Positions 21,741 to 31,650 are shown, counted from the first letter of the stretch. The stretch: DNA of 64,000 bases from Candidatus Latescibacterota bacterium (GCA_965204745.1 OZ242010.1:3659767-3723766), one strand, 5' to 3'. Made by a program: numbers and translations. The notes: generated by a model not told the origin, from the letters alone.

Positions 21741-22184
21741 ATGTACCTCCTTTTCTTAATCGTGCTTTTGGGGATGGGATGCGAGGGACAGGACGCGACC
21801 TATCTCACCATCAAAAACCCACGGGTGCGCGAGAACATTCCACCGCAGAGGATCACGGCGGCGTATGTGTCGATCCACAATCGCGGGCCGGCAACCGCGC
21901 TCATCTCTGCATCCACGCCCGCGGCTGAGGTCGCAGAAATCCATGTGATGACCACCGATGGCAATATGATGCGGATGAAAAAAATCAACCGGTTGCCCAT
22001 CCCGGCACGCGGCTCGGCAACCCTACAACCCGGCGGCAATCACCTCATGCTCATCGGCCTCAAGCGCGACCTGACACCGGGCGATTCCCTCGCCCTCACC
22101 CTCACCTTCGCAAATGACCACGTACAGACGGTCTGGGCACACATCCTTTCAACTTCACAGATAAACGCAGATGGACACAGATAG
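21741..22184 (+). CDS. Copper chaperone PCu(A)C (DUF461)
   Basis: Lipoprotein N-terminus. H-x-M ... M-x-M pattern (IHVMTTDGNMMRM) typical of PCuAC. Adjacent to SCO1. Confidence 0.7.
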   Translation: MYLLFLIVLLGMGCEGQDATYLTIKNPRVRENIPPQRITAAYVSIHNRGPATALISASTPAAEVAEIHVMTTDGNMMRMKKINRLPIPARGSATLQPGGNHLMLIGLKRDLTPGDSLALTLTFANDHVQTVWAHILSTSQINADGHR

Positions 22185-22204
22185 AATGCAAAAAATCAAA
22201 GTAT

Positions 22205-22530
22205 TATTTTTTTCGCACCTGTCAGGGCAACGATGGATCGGTCAACACACCCGTCAGGGCAACGATGGATCGGTCAACGCACCCGGCGGCGTGGGGATAG
22301 GTTGGAAACGCACAAGGCGGCGCAGAGGTAGGTTGGGCACGCACATGGCGGCGCGGTGGCGAGGTTGGGCACGTACAAGGCGGCGTGGTGGCAGGACAGG
22401 GAACGCACAAGGCGGCGTGGTGGCAGGACAGGGAACGCACAAGGCGGCGTGGCGGCGAGGCGGGGAACGCACAAGGCGGCGAGGCGGCAGGACAGGGAAC
22501 GCACAAGGCGGCGAGGCGGCGAGGCGGGGC
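22205..22530. repeat. ~32-bp minisatellite, ~10 degenerate tandem copies (gcacaaggcggcgtggtggcaggacagggaac)
   Basis: Units share the gcacaaggcggcg core and diverge gradually. The region is stop-free in all six frames. Repeats are contiguous with no spacers, so this is not CRISPR. Confidence 0.7.
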
Positions 22531-23112
22531 CTGCTCTTTACACTCTGCACCCTACACTTGTTTTTAGTCGCCTGTCAACCCCTTGAACGCACGCCGCAAG
22601 TCGATTCCGATCTCGCGCTTTCCGCTGAACCGTATGCTTTTGGGGGCGATTTTACGCTGATCGATCACGATGGCAATGCCTTCCGCTTGGCGGAGCAACA
22701 GCGTCCGTTTTTCCTCTTTTTGGGCTATGCGAGTTGTCCGGATGCCTGCCCGCAAACGCTGGCGCGTCTCGCCCGCGTGTACGCGCTTTTGGGCGAGGAG
22801 GCACGCGATCTCGGCACGCTTTTTGTCAGCGTGGATGCCGAACGCGATTCGCCCGCTGTGCTCAAAACCTATTTGTCGCACTTTGACGTGCCCGCCATTG
22901 GCCTGACCGGGGCGCAGGATAGTATTGACGCGGTGGTCAAACGCTATGCTGCCCACTATGAAATCAACGATCAGGCATCCGCCGCGGGGTATCTCATCGA
23001 CCATTCGCTCTACATCTACCTCATCGATCAACACGGCGATTCGCGCTTCTTCTTTCGCCCCTCGCATACCGCCGAAGAAATCGCCACCGTCGCCCGACAG
23101 TTGTTTCGCTAA
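22531..23112 (+). CDS. SCO1/SenC family copper chaperone (thioredoxin-like); 5' boundary uncertain
   Basis: C-x-x-x-C-P motif (ASCPDACP). Lipoprotein-like LLFTLCTLHLFLVAC. The only in-frame starts are CTG at 22531 or an ATG deep inside the minisatellite. Confidence 0.6.
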   Translation: MLFTLCTLHLFLVACQPLERTPQVDSDLALSAEPYAFGGDFTLIDHDGNAFRLAEQQRPFFLFLGYASCPDACPQTLARLARVYALLGEEARDLGTLFVSVDAERDSPAVLKTYLSHFDVPAIGLTGAQDSIDAVVKRYAAHYEINDQASAAGYLIDHSLYIYLIDQHGDSRFFFRPSHTAEEIATVARQLFR

Positions 23113-23147
23113 CGCTCAACCCTTCACGATAACAAAGGAGTGCGACC

Positions 23148-23360
23148 TTGATTACCGTCCATTTACCTTCTGAAATCGAGCAACGCATTGCGGACCTCGC
23201 CGCTCGAACTGGCCGTACCGAGACATTCTACATTGAGGAAGCCATCATGGAATACTTGGATGAACTGGAAGATAAATACTTGGCATTAAATCGCTTGGAG
23301 AATCCCACCAAACGCTGGACATTGGATGAAATGGAGCAAGGCATTGACAGTTGCGTTTGA
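23148..23360 (+). CDS. RelB/DinJ-family ribbon-helix-helix antitoxin-like protein
   Basis: TTG start with AAAGGAG RBS. N-terminal RHH (ITVHLPSEIEQRIADLAARTG) and a C-terminus RLENPTKRWTLDEME similar to RelB RLRNPKPVRVTLDEL. No RelE-like gene follows; instead it overlaps the methyltransferase gene by 35 bp. Confidence 0.6.
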   Translation: MITVHLPSEIEQRIADLAARTGRTETFYIEEAIMEYLDELEDKYLALNRLENPTKRWTLDEMEQGIDSCV

Positions 23361-24471
23361 CAACCGCGCTGTGCCGCCCACAGAGGGGATCAAGTATGCG
23401 GGGTCTAAGTTGAAGCTCCTTCCGCATATCTTGCAACTGGCCGCAAAGGTCGGGGCGAAGACGGTGTTGGATGGGTTCTCGGGGACGACAAGGGTGTCGC
23501 AGGCACTCGCCAGATCGGGGTATGCGGTCGTCTGCAACGATATTGCCGCGTGGTCTGAAATTTTTGGGATGTGCTATTTGCTCAATCAAAAGAAGCGGTC
23601 GGATTACCAACCGCTCATCGATCACCTCAATGCCGTGCGGCCCGTGGATGGATGGTTCACGCAACACTATGGCGGATATCCCAACGAGGGTTGCGCGATT
23701 CAGCGCGATGGGCGCAAGCGGCCATGGCAGATTCACAACACCCGAAAGCTGGATGCGATTCGGGAGGAGATCGAGGCCCTCGCGCTCGATCCCGTCGATA
23801 AGGCCGTGGCACTGACGAGCCTAATTTTGGCACTCGACCGCGTGGATAGTAGCCTCGGGCACTTTGTCTCGTATCTCAAAGACTGGTCCCCGCGCTCCTA
23901 CAAAAAACTCGAACTCAAAGTGCCATCTGTCTTTCCGTCCTCTGGGGAACATCGCGTGTTCCGAAAGGACATTTTTGACCTCGCGCCGCGCATCGACACG
24001 GACTTGGCGTATTTCGATCCGCCGTATGGATCGAACAATGAGAAAATGCCGCCATCGCGCGTGCGCTATGCGTCTTATTACCACGTCTGGACGAGCGTCA
24101 TTCTCTACGATAAACCCGCCCTTTTCGGCAGGGCCAATCGCCGCGTTGATACGTCTGACCCGGTGGCGGCATCCGCGTTTGAGGAGTTCAGACGCAACGC
24201 AAATGGTCGCTTCATCGCGGTCGAAGCCATTGAGAAACTCATCGCTACGACGCGAGCGCGCCATGTCATCTTGTCGTACAGTTCTGGAGGCAGGGCAACA
24301 GCCAAAGCGTTGAACGACGCGATGCAATGTCACGGCAGGCTTTTGGATGTGGTCGCGATCAATTATCAGAAAAACGTGATGGCGGGCATGACGTGGACGC
24401 ACGAATGGCTACGAGAGGTCGATCACCCAAACCGAGAGTTCTTGTTCTTGCTCGAAAAGCAACGTGCTTGA
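23326..24471 (+). CDS. Dam-like (D12 class, alpha-group) N6-adenine DNA methyltransferase, orphan
   Basis: IKYAGSK (SAM-binding region, cf. Dam FLKWAGGKY), FSGTT, and the DPPY catalytic motif (AYFDPPYG). Start either ATG 23326, overlapping relB, or GTG 23369. Confidence 0.8.
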   Translation: MKWSKALTVAFDNRAVPPTEGIKYAGSKLKLLPHILQLAAKVGAKTVLDGFSGTTRVSQALARSGYAVVCNDIAAWSEIFGMCYLLNQKKRSDYQPLIDHLNAVRPVDGWFTQHYGGYPNEGCAIQRDGRKRPWQIHNTRKLDAIREEIEALALDPVDKAVALTSLILALDRVDSSLGHFVSYLKDWSPRSYKKLELKVPSVFPSSGEHRVFRKDIFDLAPRIDTDLAYFDPPYGSNNEKMPPSRVRYASYYHVWTSVILYDKPALFGRANRRVDTSDPVAASAFEEFRRNANGRFIAVEAIEKLIATTRARHVILSYSSGGRATAKALNDAMQCHGRLLDVVAINYQKNVMAGMTWTHEWLREVDHPNREFLFLLEKQRA

Positions 24472-24521
24472 AGGAACGAAGTCAGTAAAAGCGCGAAAGG
24501 GAAAACCACCGATGGGCGTAC

Positions 24522-24677
24522 GAGGACAGGTACAGGGGCCTGTCCCCGCGCACCACCTGGCCCAACCCAACCGAATACGACGCCCGCGCCGCGCACTTGG
24601 CTCGGCTATTTAAGGAAAATTTCGCGCAATTTGAAACCGGCGTCTCGGATAAAATCCTCCGCGCAGGGCCTGTGTGA
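24522..24677 (+). pseudogene. pckA: 3' remnant (~50 codons) of ATP-dependent phosphoenolpyruvate carboxykinase
   Basis: YEDRYRGLSPRTTWPNPTEYDARAAHLARLFKENFAQFETGVSDKILRAGPV* matches the conserved PckA C-terminus (...PRNTW..P.EY...A..LA.LF..NF.K.....G..I..AGP). There is no upstream body; the methyltransferase stop lies 50 bp upstream. Confidence 0.55.
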
Positions 24678-24765
24678 TACCAAATATTGGAACACCTCAA
24701 CCCGTTTTCAGAGGGGAATTTCGGCATGGTTGCAAATGAAACAAAAGTCATCTTGAGAAAGAGAT

Positions 24766-25746
24766 ATGATTGAACGATACTCAAACGCCATTATTCAAGG
24801 CGATTGTTTAGAATTGCTAAAAACAATGCCCGATAACTCGGTAGATGTCGCGTTTGCGGACCCACCCTTTAACCTCAAAAAATCCTACAATAGCTACAAA
24901 GATCGCCGAAAACTCCGAGAATATTTGGACTGGTGCGAACTTTGGATAACCGAAATGGTTCGCATTGCCAAACCAACGGGCAGTATTTTTGTCCACAACA
25001 TACCGAAATGGCTCACATTTTATACGGCGTATCTGAATAAAATTGCCGATTTCAAGCACTGGATAAGTTGGGACGCGCCGACCGCACCAATGGGAAAAAC
25101 CCTGCAACCCTCGCATTATGGGATTTTATTTTACGCCAAAGACATCGAACAATTGAAATTTTATGAAATTCGTTATCCGCACAAACGCACGCGAAAAGAA
25201 GGGCTATTGGCAAAAGATTACGGCGGCAAAAAAAGACTCTTACACCCATTCGGCCCTCTCGTGTCCGATGTGTGGACGGATATTCACAGGGTCAAGCACA
25301 ATAAATACAGAGACAAACACCCCTGCCAGTTGCCCATACATTTATTGGAACGCATCATTTTAATGTCCTCAGATGAGGGCGATATCATTCTCGATCCCTT
25401 TAGTGGCACGGGCACAACGGCGTTGGCTGCCAAGCGTTTGGGCAGAAATTTCATCGGTTTTGAATTGGACGACAAATACGTTGAAATAACGCAAAATAAA
25501 CTTTTGCAAGAGAAGATGAGCTCGAAATTGGGTCGCTGTTGGGTCAGTTTTTATCTGGATAAATTGGTCACCTTAAGAGACGAAGATTGGAATGACATAA
25601 AAGAATTTTTCCACATTCCATCTCAAATTGAAAAGATAGATCTCATGCCGATTGTCTTAAAATCAAACGCGGCGAGTTCCATATCTTCCGAAAAAAATGG
25701 GAATAATCGCAAAGACGCGCTCCAAGAAGAACTCACATTGTCTTAG
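24766..25746 (+). CDS. Beta-class DNA methyltransferase (N4-cytosine or N6-adenine), low-GC, orphan
   Basis: DPPF catalytic motif (FADPPFN) precedes the FSGTGTT SAM motif, which is the beta-class order. Markedly AT-rich relative to the flanks. C-terminal ~70-aa extension of unknown function. Confidence 0.8.
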   Translation: MIERYSNAIIQGDCLELLKTMPDNSVDVAFADPPFNLKKSYNSYKDRRKLREYLDWCELWITEMVRIAKPTGSIFVHNIPKWLTFYTAYLNKIADFKHWISWDAPTAPMGKTLQPSHYGILFYAKDIEQLKFYEIRYPHKRTRKEGLLAKDYGGKKRLLHPFGPLVSDVWTDIHRVKHNKYRDKHPCQLPIHLLERIILMSSDEGDIILDPFSGTGTTALAAKRLGRNFIGFELDDKYVEITQNKLLQEKMSSKLGRCWVSFYLDKLVTLRDEDWNDIKEFFHIPSQIEKIDLMPIVLKSNAASSISSEKNGNNRKDALQEELTLS

Positions 25747-25793
25747 CGCGCGACTAGACGCCCCCCGCTGACCGCTTGGAGGCTTGGGATTAA

Positions 25794-25892
25794 CTGACAA
25801 CTGACAACTGACAACTGACAACTGACAACTGACAACTGACAACTGACAACTGACAACTGACAACTGACAACTGACAACTGACAACTGACAAC
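25794..25892. repeat. (CTGACAA)x14 perfect heptamer tandem array
   Basis: 99 bp of uninterrupted ctgacaa at the right edge of the methyltransferase islet, upstream of lgt. Confidence 0.95.
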
Positions 25893-25980
25893 TTGAGAGG
25901 AACAGCGCGGTGGCCTTCTCCCGTCTCCCCTCTTGCCTCTTGCCTCTCCCGTCTTCCCTCTACCCTCTTCCCTTCACCTC

Positions 25981-26733
25981 ATGTCTCCAATCCTCTTTGA
26001 ATACGGCCCCCTTCGCATCGGCGTTTACGGCACAATGCTCGCCGTGGGGTTCCTTTTTGCATCGTGGGTGCTCAAGCGCGAATTTCGGCGGCGTGCGCTC
26101 GATCCCGCGCTGTCGGACCGCATTGCGTTTGCCGCGGTGATCGGCGGCCCTGTGGGCAGCAAAATTTTTCACGTCCTTGAATATCCCCACGCCTTTGTCG
26201 CCGATCCCTTTGGCACGGTTTTTTCCACGCTGGGTTGGGCGTGGTATGGCGGGTTTTTGGGTGGCGCGGCTCTCGTGCTCCTCGCGCTTCGCCGGCACAA
26301 CGCCTTGAATTGGTCCGCTTTGGACGCGTTCGCGCCGGCCCTTGTCGTGGGCTACTTTTTTGGCCGCGGGGGGTGCGAACTCTCCGGCGATGGATGCTAT
26401 GGCATGCCCACTGATCTGCCGTGGGGCAAAGCCTATCCCAAGGGCCTCGTGCCCACAGTTGAAGTCGTACATCCCACGCCGATTTACGAAATGATCCAGA
26501 TGGTCTGCATTTTCGGCATTTTGTGGGCCTTGCGCGGTCGTCTCAAACCCGGTGTGACTTTTGGCCTATATCTCGTTTTGATGGCCCTCGCCCGGTTCGC
26601 TGTCGAATTTGTCCGCCTCACGCCCGAAGTTTTTTTGTTTCTCACTGTGCATCAATGGGTCAGCATCGGCCTCGTGCTCGCCGGGCTTTACATCGTCGCG
26701 TCGTGTCGAAACAAAAATTCTATCCGAGGATAA
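25981..26733 (+). CDS. lgt: Prolipoprotein diacylglyceryl transferase
   Basis: GVYGTMLAVGFL... polytopic membrane protein with Lgt-signature blocks. Start ATG at 25981. Confidence 0.8.
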   Translation: MSPILFEYGPLRIGVYGTMLAVGFLFASWVLKREFRRRALDPALSDRIAFAAVIGGPVGSKIFHVLEYPHAFVADPFGTVFSTLGWAWYGGFLGGAALVLLALRRHNALNWSALDAFAPALVVGYFFGRGGCELSGDGCYGMPTDLPWGKAYPKGLVPTVEVVHPTPIYEMIQMVCIFGILWALRGRLKPGVTFGLYLVLMALARFAVEFVRLTPEVFLFLTVHQWVSIGLVLAGLYIVASCRNKNSIRG

Positions 26734-26864
26734 AACGAGCCGTCTCCCATGCCCGTTCATCTGCAACAAAGGACGAGTCGTTGGGGTGGTGAAGCTATAG
26801 CGATTGACAAAGGGCGAGATATTTTTTTCATTTTCACCTTGACCCCCACACCTCGAACGCAATT

Positions 26865-28361
26865 ATGGACATTCGATTTTACAATACCCTGACCAATCGC
26901 ACGGAAATTTTTGAACCGCTCGATCCCCCGCATGTGGCGATGTATTCCTGCGGTCCAACCGTGTACGATTTTGCCCACATCGGCAACTTCAAATCCTTTT
27001 TGTTCTCGGACGTGCTCCGCCGCTTCTTGGAACTGGCCGGGTACCGCGTCGCCCATGTTATGAACATCACGGACGTGGGGCACATGACCGACGATGATGT
27101 GGCCGATGCCACGGGCGAAGACAAAATCGCGGTGGCTGCGCGCAAACTCAAAGAAGCAAAAAAATCCGGCGCCCTGCCCGATGGGATTTCCAACCCGGAC
27201 GACCCGTATCAGATCGCGCAATACTTCACGGACGCATTCGTTCAAGACGCCCGCGCACTCGGCATCAAAGTCGCGCACGATTATCCGCGCAACATGCCTC
27301 GGCCCACCGAACACATCGACGCCATTCAAGCGATGATCCAAACGCTCTTGGCCAAGGGCCACGCGTACATCGCCGATGATGGCGTGGTTTATTTTAGCGT
27401 GCGATCCTTCCCCGAATACGGCAGGCTCTCGGGCAATGACGTGGCCCAACTCGTCGCCGGATCGGGCGGGCGCGTCTTGGAAGAACACCAAGTTGCCAAG
27501 CGCGACTCCGCGGATTTCTTCCTGTGGAAACCCGATCCATCCCACATCATGAAATGGCCTTCACCTTGGGGCGAGGGCTATCCGGGCTGGCACATCGAAT
27601 GCTCGGCGATGGCGATGAAATTGTTGCGCCGCGAGGTGATCGACATCCACACCGGAGGCGAGGACAATATTTTTCCGCACCACGAATGCGAAATTGCCCA
27701 ATCGCGCTGTGCCACGGGCCAATCGCATTTTGCCAAGTACTGGATTCACCCGCGCTATTTGATGGTCGAAGGCAAAAAAATGTCCAAGAGCAAGGGCAAT
27801 TTTTTCACGGTGCGAGACGTGCTCGAGGGCGAAGTCACCGGGCGGCGGGTTCACCCGGCTGTTCTGCGCTACGAACTCATCAAGACGCACTACCGCACGC
27901 AGACCAATTTCACGCAAAAAGGCATTCGAGACTCGGCCAATGCGGTGCGCCGGTTTTGCGAATTTGGTCAGAATCTCGCCACAGCAACACAGGGCAACGC
28001 GGTCGAGGTGGATAACGCGCATCCGGTCATCGCCGATTTTCTCAACGCACTCGCCAACGACCTCAACATCAGCGCGGCCCTCGCGGTCGTCCACACCTGG
28101 ATGGGGCAAAAAGTAGCGGACGCGCCCGAAGCCTTGGGCGTGTTCGACAAAATCAACGGGGTGCTCGGCATTGCCGATCTGTCCGATTCATCACCATCGT
28201 CAGCCACGGACACCAGCGCGGCCCTGTGCAAACAAATCGACGCGGCCCGCGCAGCCAAGAATTACGACGTCGCAGACCGGTTGCGCCAAGAACTCATCGA
28301 CGCGGGCTACGAAGTGCGCTCCACGCCCGAGGGCACAGTCGCGGTGAAGAAGTTGGCGTAG
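26865..28361 (+). CDS. cysS: Cysteine--tRNA ligase
   Basis: HIGN and KMSKS class I motifs. Zn-binding Cys (MYSCGPTVY). Confidence 0.9.
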   Translation: MDIRFYNTLTNRTEIFEPLDPPHVAMYSCGPTVYDFAHIGNFKSFLFSDVLRRFLELAGYRVAHVMNITDVGHMTDDDVADATGEDKIAVAARKLKEAKKSGALPDGISNPDDPYQIAQYFTDAFVQDARALGIKVAHDYPRNMPRPTEHIDAIQAMIQTLLAKGHAYIADDGVVYFSVRSFPEYGRLSGNDVAQLVAGSGGRVLEEHQVAKRDSADFFLWKPDPSHIMKWPSPWGEGYPGWHIECSAMAMKLLRREVIDIHTGGEDNIFPHHECEIAQSRCATGQSHFAKYWIHPRYLMVEGKKMSKSKGNFFTVRDVLEGEVTGRRVHPAVLRYELIKTHYRTQTNFTQKGIRDSANAVRRFCEFGQNLATATQGNAVEVDNAHPVIADFLNALANDLNISAALAVVHTWMGQKVADAPEALGVFDKINGVLGIADLSDSSPSSATDTSAALCKQIDAARAAKNYDVADRLRQELIDAGYEVRSTPEGTVAVKKLA

Positions 28362-28532
28362 CCCTATCCACATTAGTTGCAGAGACAACCCCGTGCCTAT
28401 CCTCTACCTAGCGGCGGCCTGACCACTGATTCCTTGAGCGGGATAGCGCGGCTCCCTTCTCGCCTCTCCCGTCTGCCCTCTTACCGAAGGGCGGCTGGGC
28501 GGGCGGCCTGACCACTTCGGACGAGAAACGAC

Positions 28533-29708
28533 ATGTCCATCCAACTGCCCATCTATCTCGACAACAACGCCACTACGCCCGTGGATGAATGGGTGCTCGC
28601 GGCGATGTTGCCCTATTTCAAGGATCGGTTTGGCAATGCGGCCAGCCGCACGCACGCCTTTGGGTGGGAGGCCGAGGACGCAGTCGATAGGGCGCGAGAA
28701 CAAATTGCCAGCCTCATCAACGCACAGCCCAAAGACATCGTCTTTACCAGCGGGGCCACGGAATCCGACAACCTCGCCATTAAAGGCGTGGTGGCCGCGG
28801 CGCGGTCCGCGCACCTCATCACGCAGGCAACCGAACACCACGCCGTGCTCGATTCGTGCCGCGCAGTGGAACGCGCAGGCGTCTCGGTCACGGTCTTGCC
28901 CGTGGACTCGCATGGGATTGTGGATCCGCAGGATGTTGCAAACGCCATCACAAAGCACACGGTTCTGGTCTCCATCATGGCGGGGAACAACGAAATTGGC
29001 ACCTGTCAGGCGATAGGAGAAATCGGCGCGCTGTGTCGAGAAAAAGACATTTACTTTCACACGGATGCCGCGCAGGCCATTGGCAAAATTCCGCTCGACG
29101 TGGAAGCCATGCACATCGACCTGCTCTCCATTTCCGCGCACAAGTGCTATGGCCCCAAAGGCATGGGCGCGCTCTACGTGCGGAGTCGCCCGCGTGTGCG
29201 CTTGGTGGGGCAGGTGGATGGCGGCGGCCATGAAAAAGGCATGCGCTCGGGCACGCTCAACGTGCCGGGCATCGTGGGGCTTGGAAAAGCCTGCGCGCTC
29301 GCACAACAGCACCTCGCGGCGGACGCCGAACACTGCTGGAAATTGTGCCATCGCTTGCGCGATCAGCTCTTCAACGCGCTGGATCAACGCCAACTCAACG
29401 GCCACCCCAACCAGCGTTTGCCGGGCAATCTCAACATCAGCTTTGCCGGCGCGGATGGCGAAAGCCTGCTGATGGGCTTGCGCGATGTGGCCCTCTCGTC
29501 TGGATCGGCGTGTACATCCGCGTCTCTGGAGCCGTCTTATGTGCTCAAAGCTATCGGCGTTGGCGACGAGATGGCGCGAAACAGCATCCGCTTTGGCATT
29601 GGCCGGTTCAATACCGAAGCCGAGATCGACTACGTCGCGGACCGCGTGATCCGAGAAGTCAACCGCCTCCGCGAAATCTCGCCGAATTACAAAAGCCACA
29701 AAAAATAA
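28533..29708 (+). CDS. Cysteine desulfurase (IscS/NifS family)
   Basis: SGATESDN and SAHK (PLP lysine) motifs. Active-site SSGSACTS. Confidence 0.85.
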   Translation: MSIQLPIYLDNNATTPVDEWVLAAMLPYFKDRFGNAASRTHAFGWEAEDAVDRAREQIASLINAQPKDIVFTSGATESDNLAIKGVVAAARSAHLITQATEHHAVLDSCRAVERAGVSVTVLPVDSHGIVDPQDVANAITKHTVLVSIMAGNNEIGTCQAIGEIGALCREKDIYFHTDAAQAIGKIPLDVEAMHIDLLSISAHKCYGPKGMGALYVRSRPRVRLVGQVDGGGHEKGMRSGTLNVPGIVGLGKACALAQQHLAADAEHCWKLCHRLRDQLFNALDQRQLNGHPNQRLPGNLNISFAGADGESLLMGLRDVALSSGSACTSASLEPSYVLKAIGVGDEMARNSIRFGIGRFNTEAEIDYVADRVIREVNRLREISPNYKSHKK

Positions 29709-29710
29709 AA

Positions 29711-29735
29711 AGCCATCAGCTCGTTTTGCTGATGG
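29711..29735. terminator. 9-bp stem hairpin (gccatcagc/gctgatggc) in an A/T context; candidate bidirectional terminator
   Basis: Directly after the cysteine desulfurase stop. The U-run is better on the minus-strand reading. Confidence 0.45.
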
Positions 29736-29780
29736 CTTGAAGCCGGAGATCGGGCGGCCTGACCACTGCATTTATCTTCG

Positions 29781-30054
29781 AATGCGAATTAAGAGTTGAA
29801 TCCATTGCGTACTTGTCTTTTTTTGGACCTACCCCCCTAACCCCCGTTACTCGCTACGCTTCGTTGTAGGCTACGCCTGTGCCTGCGAGGAAGGGGGGAA
29901 TAACATCTCTCCGTTGCGGGGATGAACCGGAGGAGGGAACATCGTTTTTTTTAGACAAGTTCTAAGGGGCGATCCTATAATGGATGAGTCGTTCATGTCT
30001 TTGGACGATTGGTTGCGGCTTGCTTCTTACTCGCTTTCTACTCTTAATTCGCAT
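29781..30054. mobile_element. MITE family B copy with intact TIRs aatgcgaattaagag / ctcttaattcgcatt
   Basis: Reverse-complement collinear with 14489-14719 and 18942-19269. Contains hairpin module A. Confidence 0.55.
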
Positions 30055-30134
30055 TGACCACTGACCGCTTGGGGTGCTGGGTAGCCCTCTTACGTCTTCC
30101 CTCTCCCGTCTCACTTGCGGAAGGGCGGTGCGGG

Positions 30135-30173
30135 GACTGACTACTGACTACTGACTACTGACTACTGACTACT
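30135..30173. repeat. (CTGACTA)x5 heptamer array
   Basis: gggactgactactgactactgactactgactactgactacttgg. Confidence 0.9.
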
Positions 30174-30403
30174 TGGGGTGCTAGGCGGTCCTCTTGTATC
30201 TTTGGGCGAGCACGGGGGCATCGCCCCTACATATATATCGCTCACCTTTGAACTGGCTATCGCCAGTTGTACACCGCTCGTGCCTTCTGTGCCTTTTGTG
30301 GCTAAAATCCCGTCTTCCCTCTCCCGTCTCACTTGCGGAAGGGCGGCGCGGGGACTGACAACTGACAACTGACAACTGACAACTGACAACTGACAACTGA
30401 CAA

Positions 30404-31581
30404 CGGCGTTGTTGCATAAATGTTGTCGTGGCTAAGTTCGTCCCTTTCCCGCGAAATTTAAGCCCTTCTTTCTATGGGATAGGACACGGGTTTCGCGATC
30501 CTCATCATGCGATTGAGCACCGCACATCCCAACCGTGCTTCCGTTTCTTGGTTCTTCTTTTTTCGTGCGCGCAACTGCCGCCCAATGAGTTGTTTGTAGC
30601 GGCCTATGTGGGTTTCAACGACCGAGCGACGATGATAGCCACTGGTGCGTTTCCACTGTCGGCGGCCTTGACGCCGGATGGCTCGGATGATTTCATCGCG
30701 GGCGAGGGGGGGTGCCTTCCTGTTTCCGTGTTGTTCAATTTTGGCATCATGGCGCGGGGGAATCAGAGGTCGGATGGGGGCTCCTTGTTTGGGGGCGGCG
30801 CATGTGTTGAAGACCTTGCGTTTGTCATAGCCGCCATCGGCGCCCAGCGTATGGACAGGGGCCGGGACTTGATCGAGCAAGGGGTTGACCTGCGAAGCGT
30901 CATCAACGCTTGCCGAGGTCAGGGTCTGTGCGACAATCTCCCCGGTGGCCTCATCGACGCCGATGTGCAATTTGCGCCAAGTCCGGCGCTTGCAAAAGCC
31001 GTGTTGACGCACCTTCCATTCGCCTTCGCCATACACTTTCAGGCCGGTAGAATCCACCACCAAGTGGATCGGCTCGTGACGGGATTGGACAGGTAAATCC
31101 ACGTTCAAATCGCCCTGTCGCCGGCAGAGGGTCGTGTGATCGGGCACACGCAAATCCACCCCCATCAATGCCAGGATGGACTTGAGAAACCCCTCGGTTT
31201 GACGCAGGGGCAAGGCATAGACCAAGCGCACCATCAATGCCGTTTGAATAGCCAAATCTGAAAAGGTGTTTTGCCGCCCCCGTTGCGTTGGCCCTTGATG
31301 GTACCAGTTCCGAAGGGCTTGCGGCGTGATCCAAAACGTCAGACTGCCCCGCTGCTTGAGACCGGCCTCGTAGGCCGCCCAGTTCCTAACCCGATAGACA
31401 GGCGCACAGCGCGGGCGACGCGGGGACTTGACGGCGGGTTTGGAAGCGGTTATCTTGGGCATGACAGGTTCCTGGTGAGAAAGGGTGAGTTGTTTTGGTG
31501 ATCTATATGCCCAATCTACGAAGGAGCCTGTCTTTTTGCAATCCCAACTTGCAGGAAATTGCTATTTATGCAACAACGCCA
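30404..31581 (-). mobile_element. Complete IS5-family insertion sequence (~1.18 kb), inserted in a (CTGACAA)n array
   Basis: Perfect 17-bp terminal IRs ggcgttgttgcataaat (30404-30420) and atttatgcaacaacgcc (31565-31581). (CTGACAA)x7 on both flanks; removing the IS plus one AC restores the heptamer phase, consistent with a 2-bp duplication. Confidence 0.8.
30458..31462 (-). CDS. IS5-family DDE transposase
   Basis: 334 aa, MPKITASKPAVKSPRRPRCAPVYRVRNWAAYEAGLKQRG... typical IS5-family N-terminus. Confidence 0.85.
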   Translation of the reverse strand: MPKITASKPAVKSPRRPRCAPVYRVRNWAAYEAGLKQRGSLTFWITPQALRNWYHQGPTQRGRQNTFSDLAIQTALMVRLVYALPLRQTEGFLKSILALMGVDLRVPDHTTLCRRQGDLNVDLPVQSRHEPIHLVVDSTGLKVYGEGEWKVRQHGFCKRRTWRKLHIGVDEATGEIVAQTLTSASVDDASQVNPLLDQVPAPVHTLGADGGYDKRKVFNTCAAPKQGAPIRPLIPPRHDAKIEQHGNRKAPPLARDEIIRAIRRQGRRQWKRTSGYHRRSVVETHIGRYKQLIGRQLRARKKKNQETEARLGCAVLNRMMRIAKPVSYPIERRA

Positions 31582-31650
31582 CTGACAACTGACAACTGAC
31601 AACTGACAACTGACAACTGACAACTGACAACTGACCACTGGAGCCTCTCT

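Noticed and set aside
22205-22530. Possible CRISPR array (regular ~32-bp repeats)
   Set aside because: The repeats are contiguous with no unique spacers and degrade gradually. No cas genes are nearby. It is a minisatellite.
24482-24784. 100-aa minus-strand ORF between the methyltransferase genes
   Set aside because: No RBS or similarity. The plus strand here carries the recognisable pckA 3' remnant.
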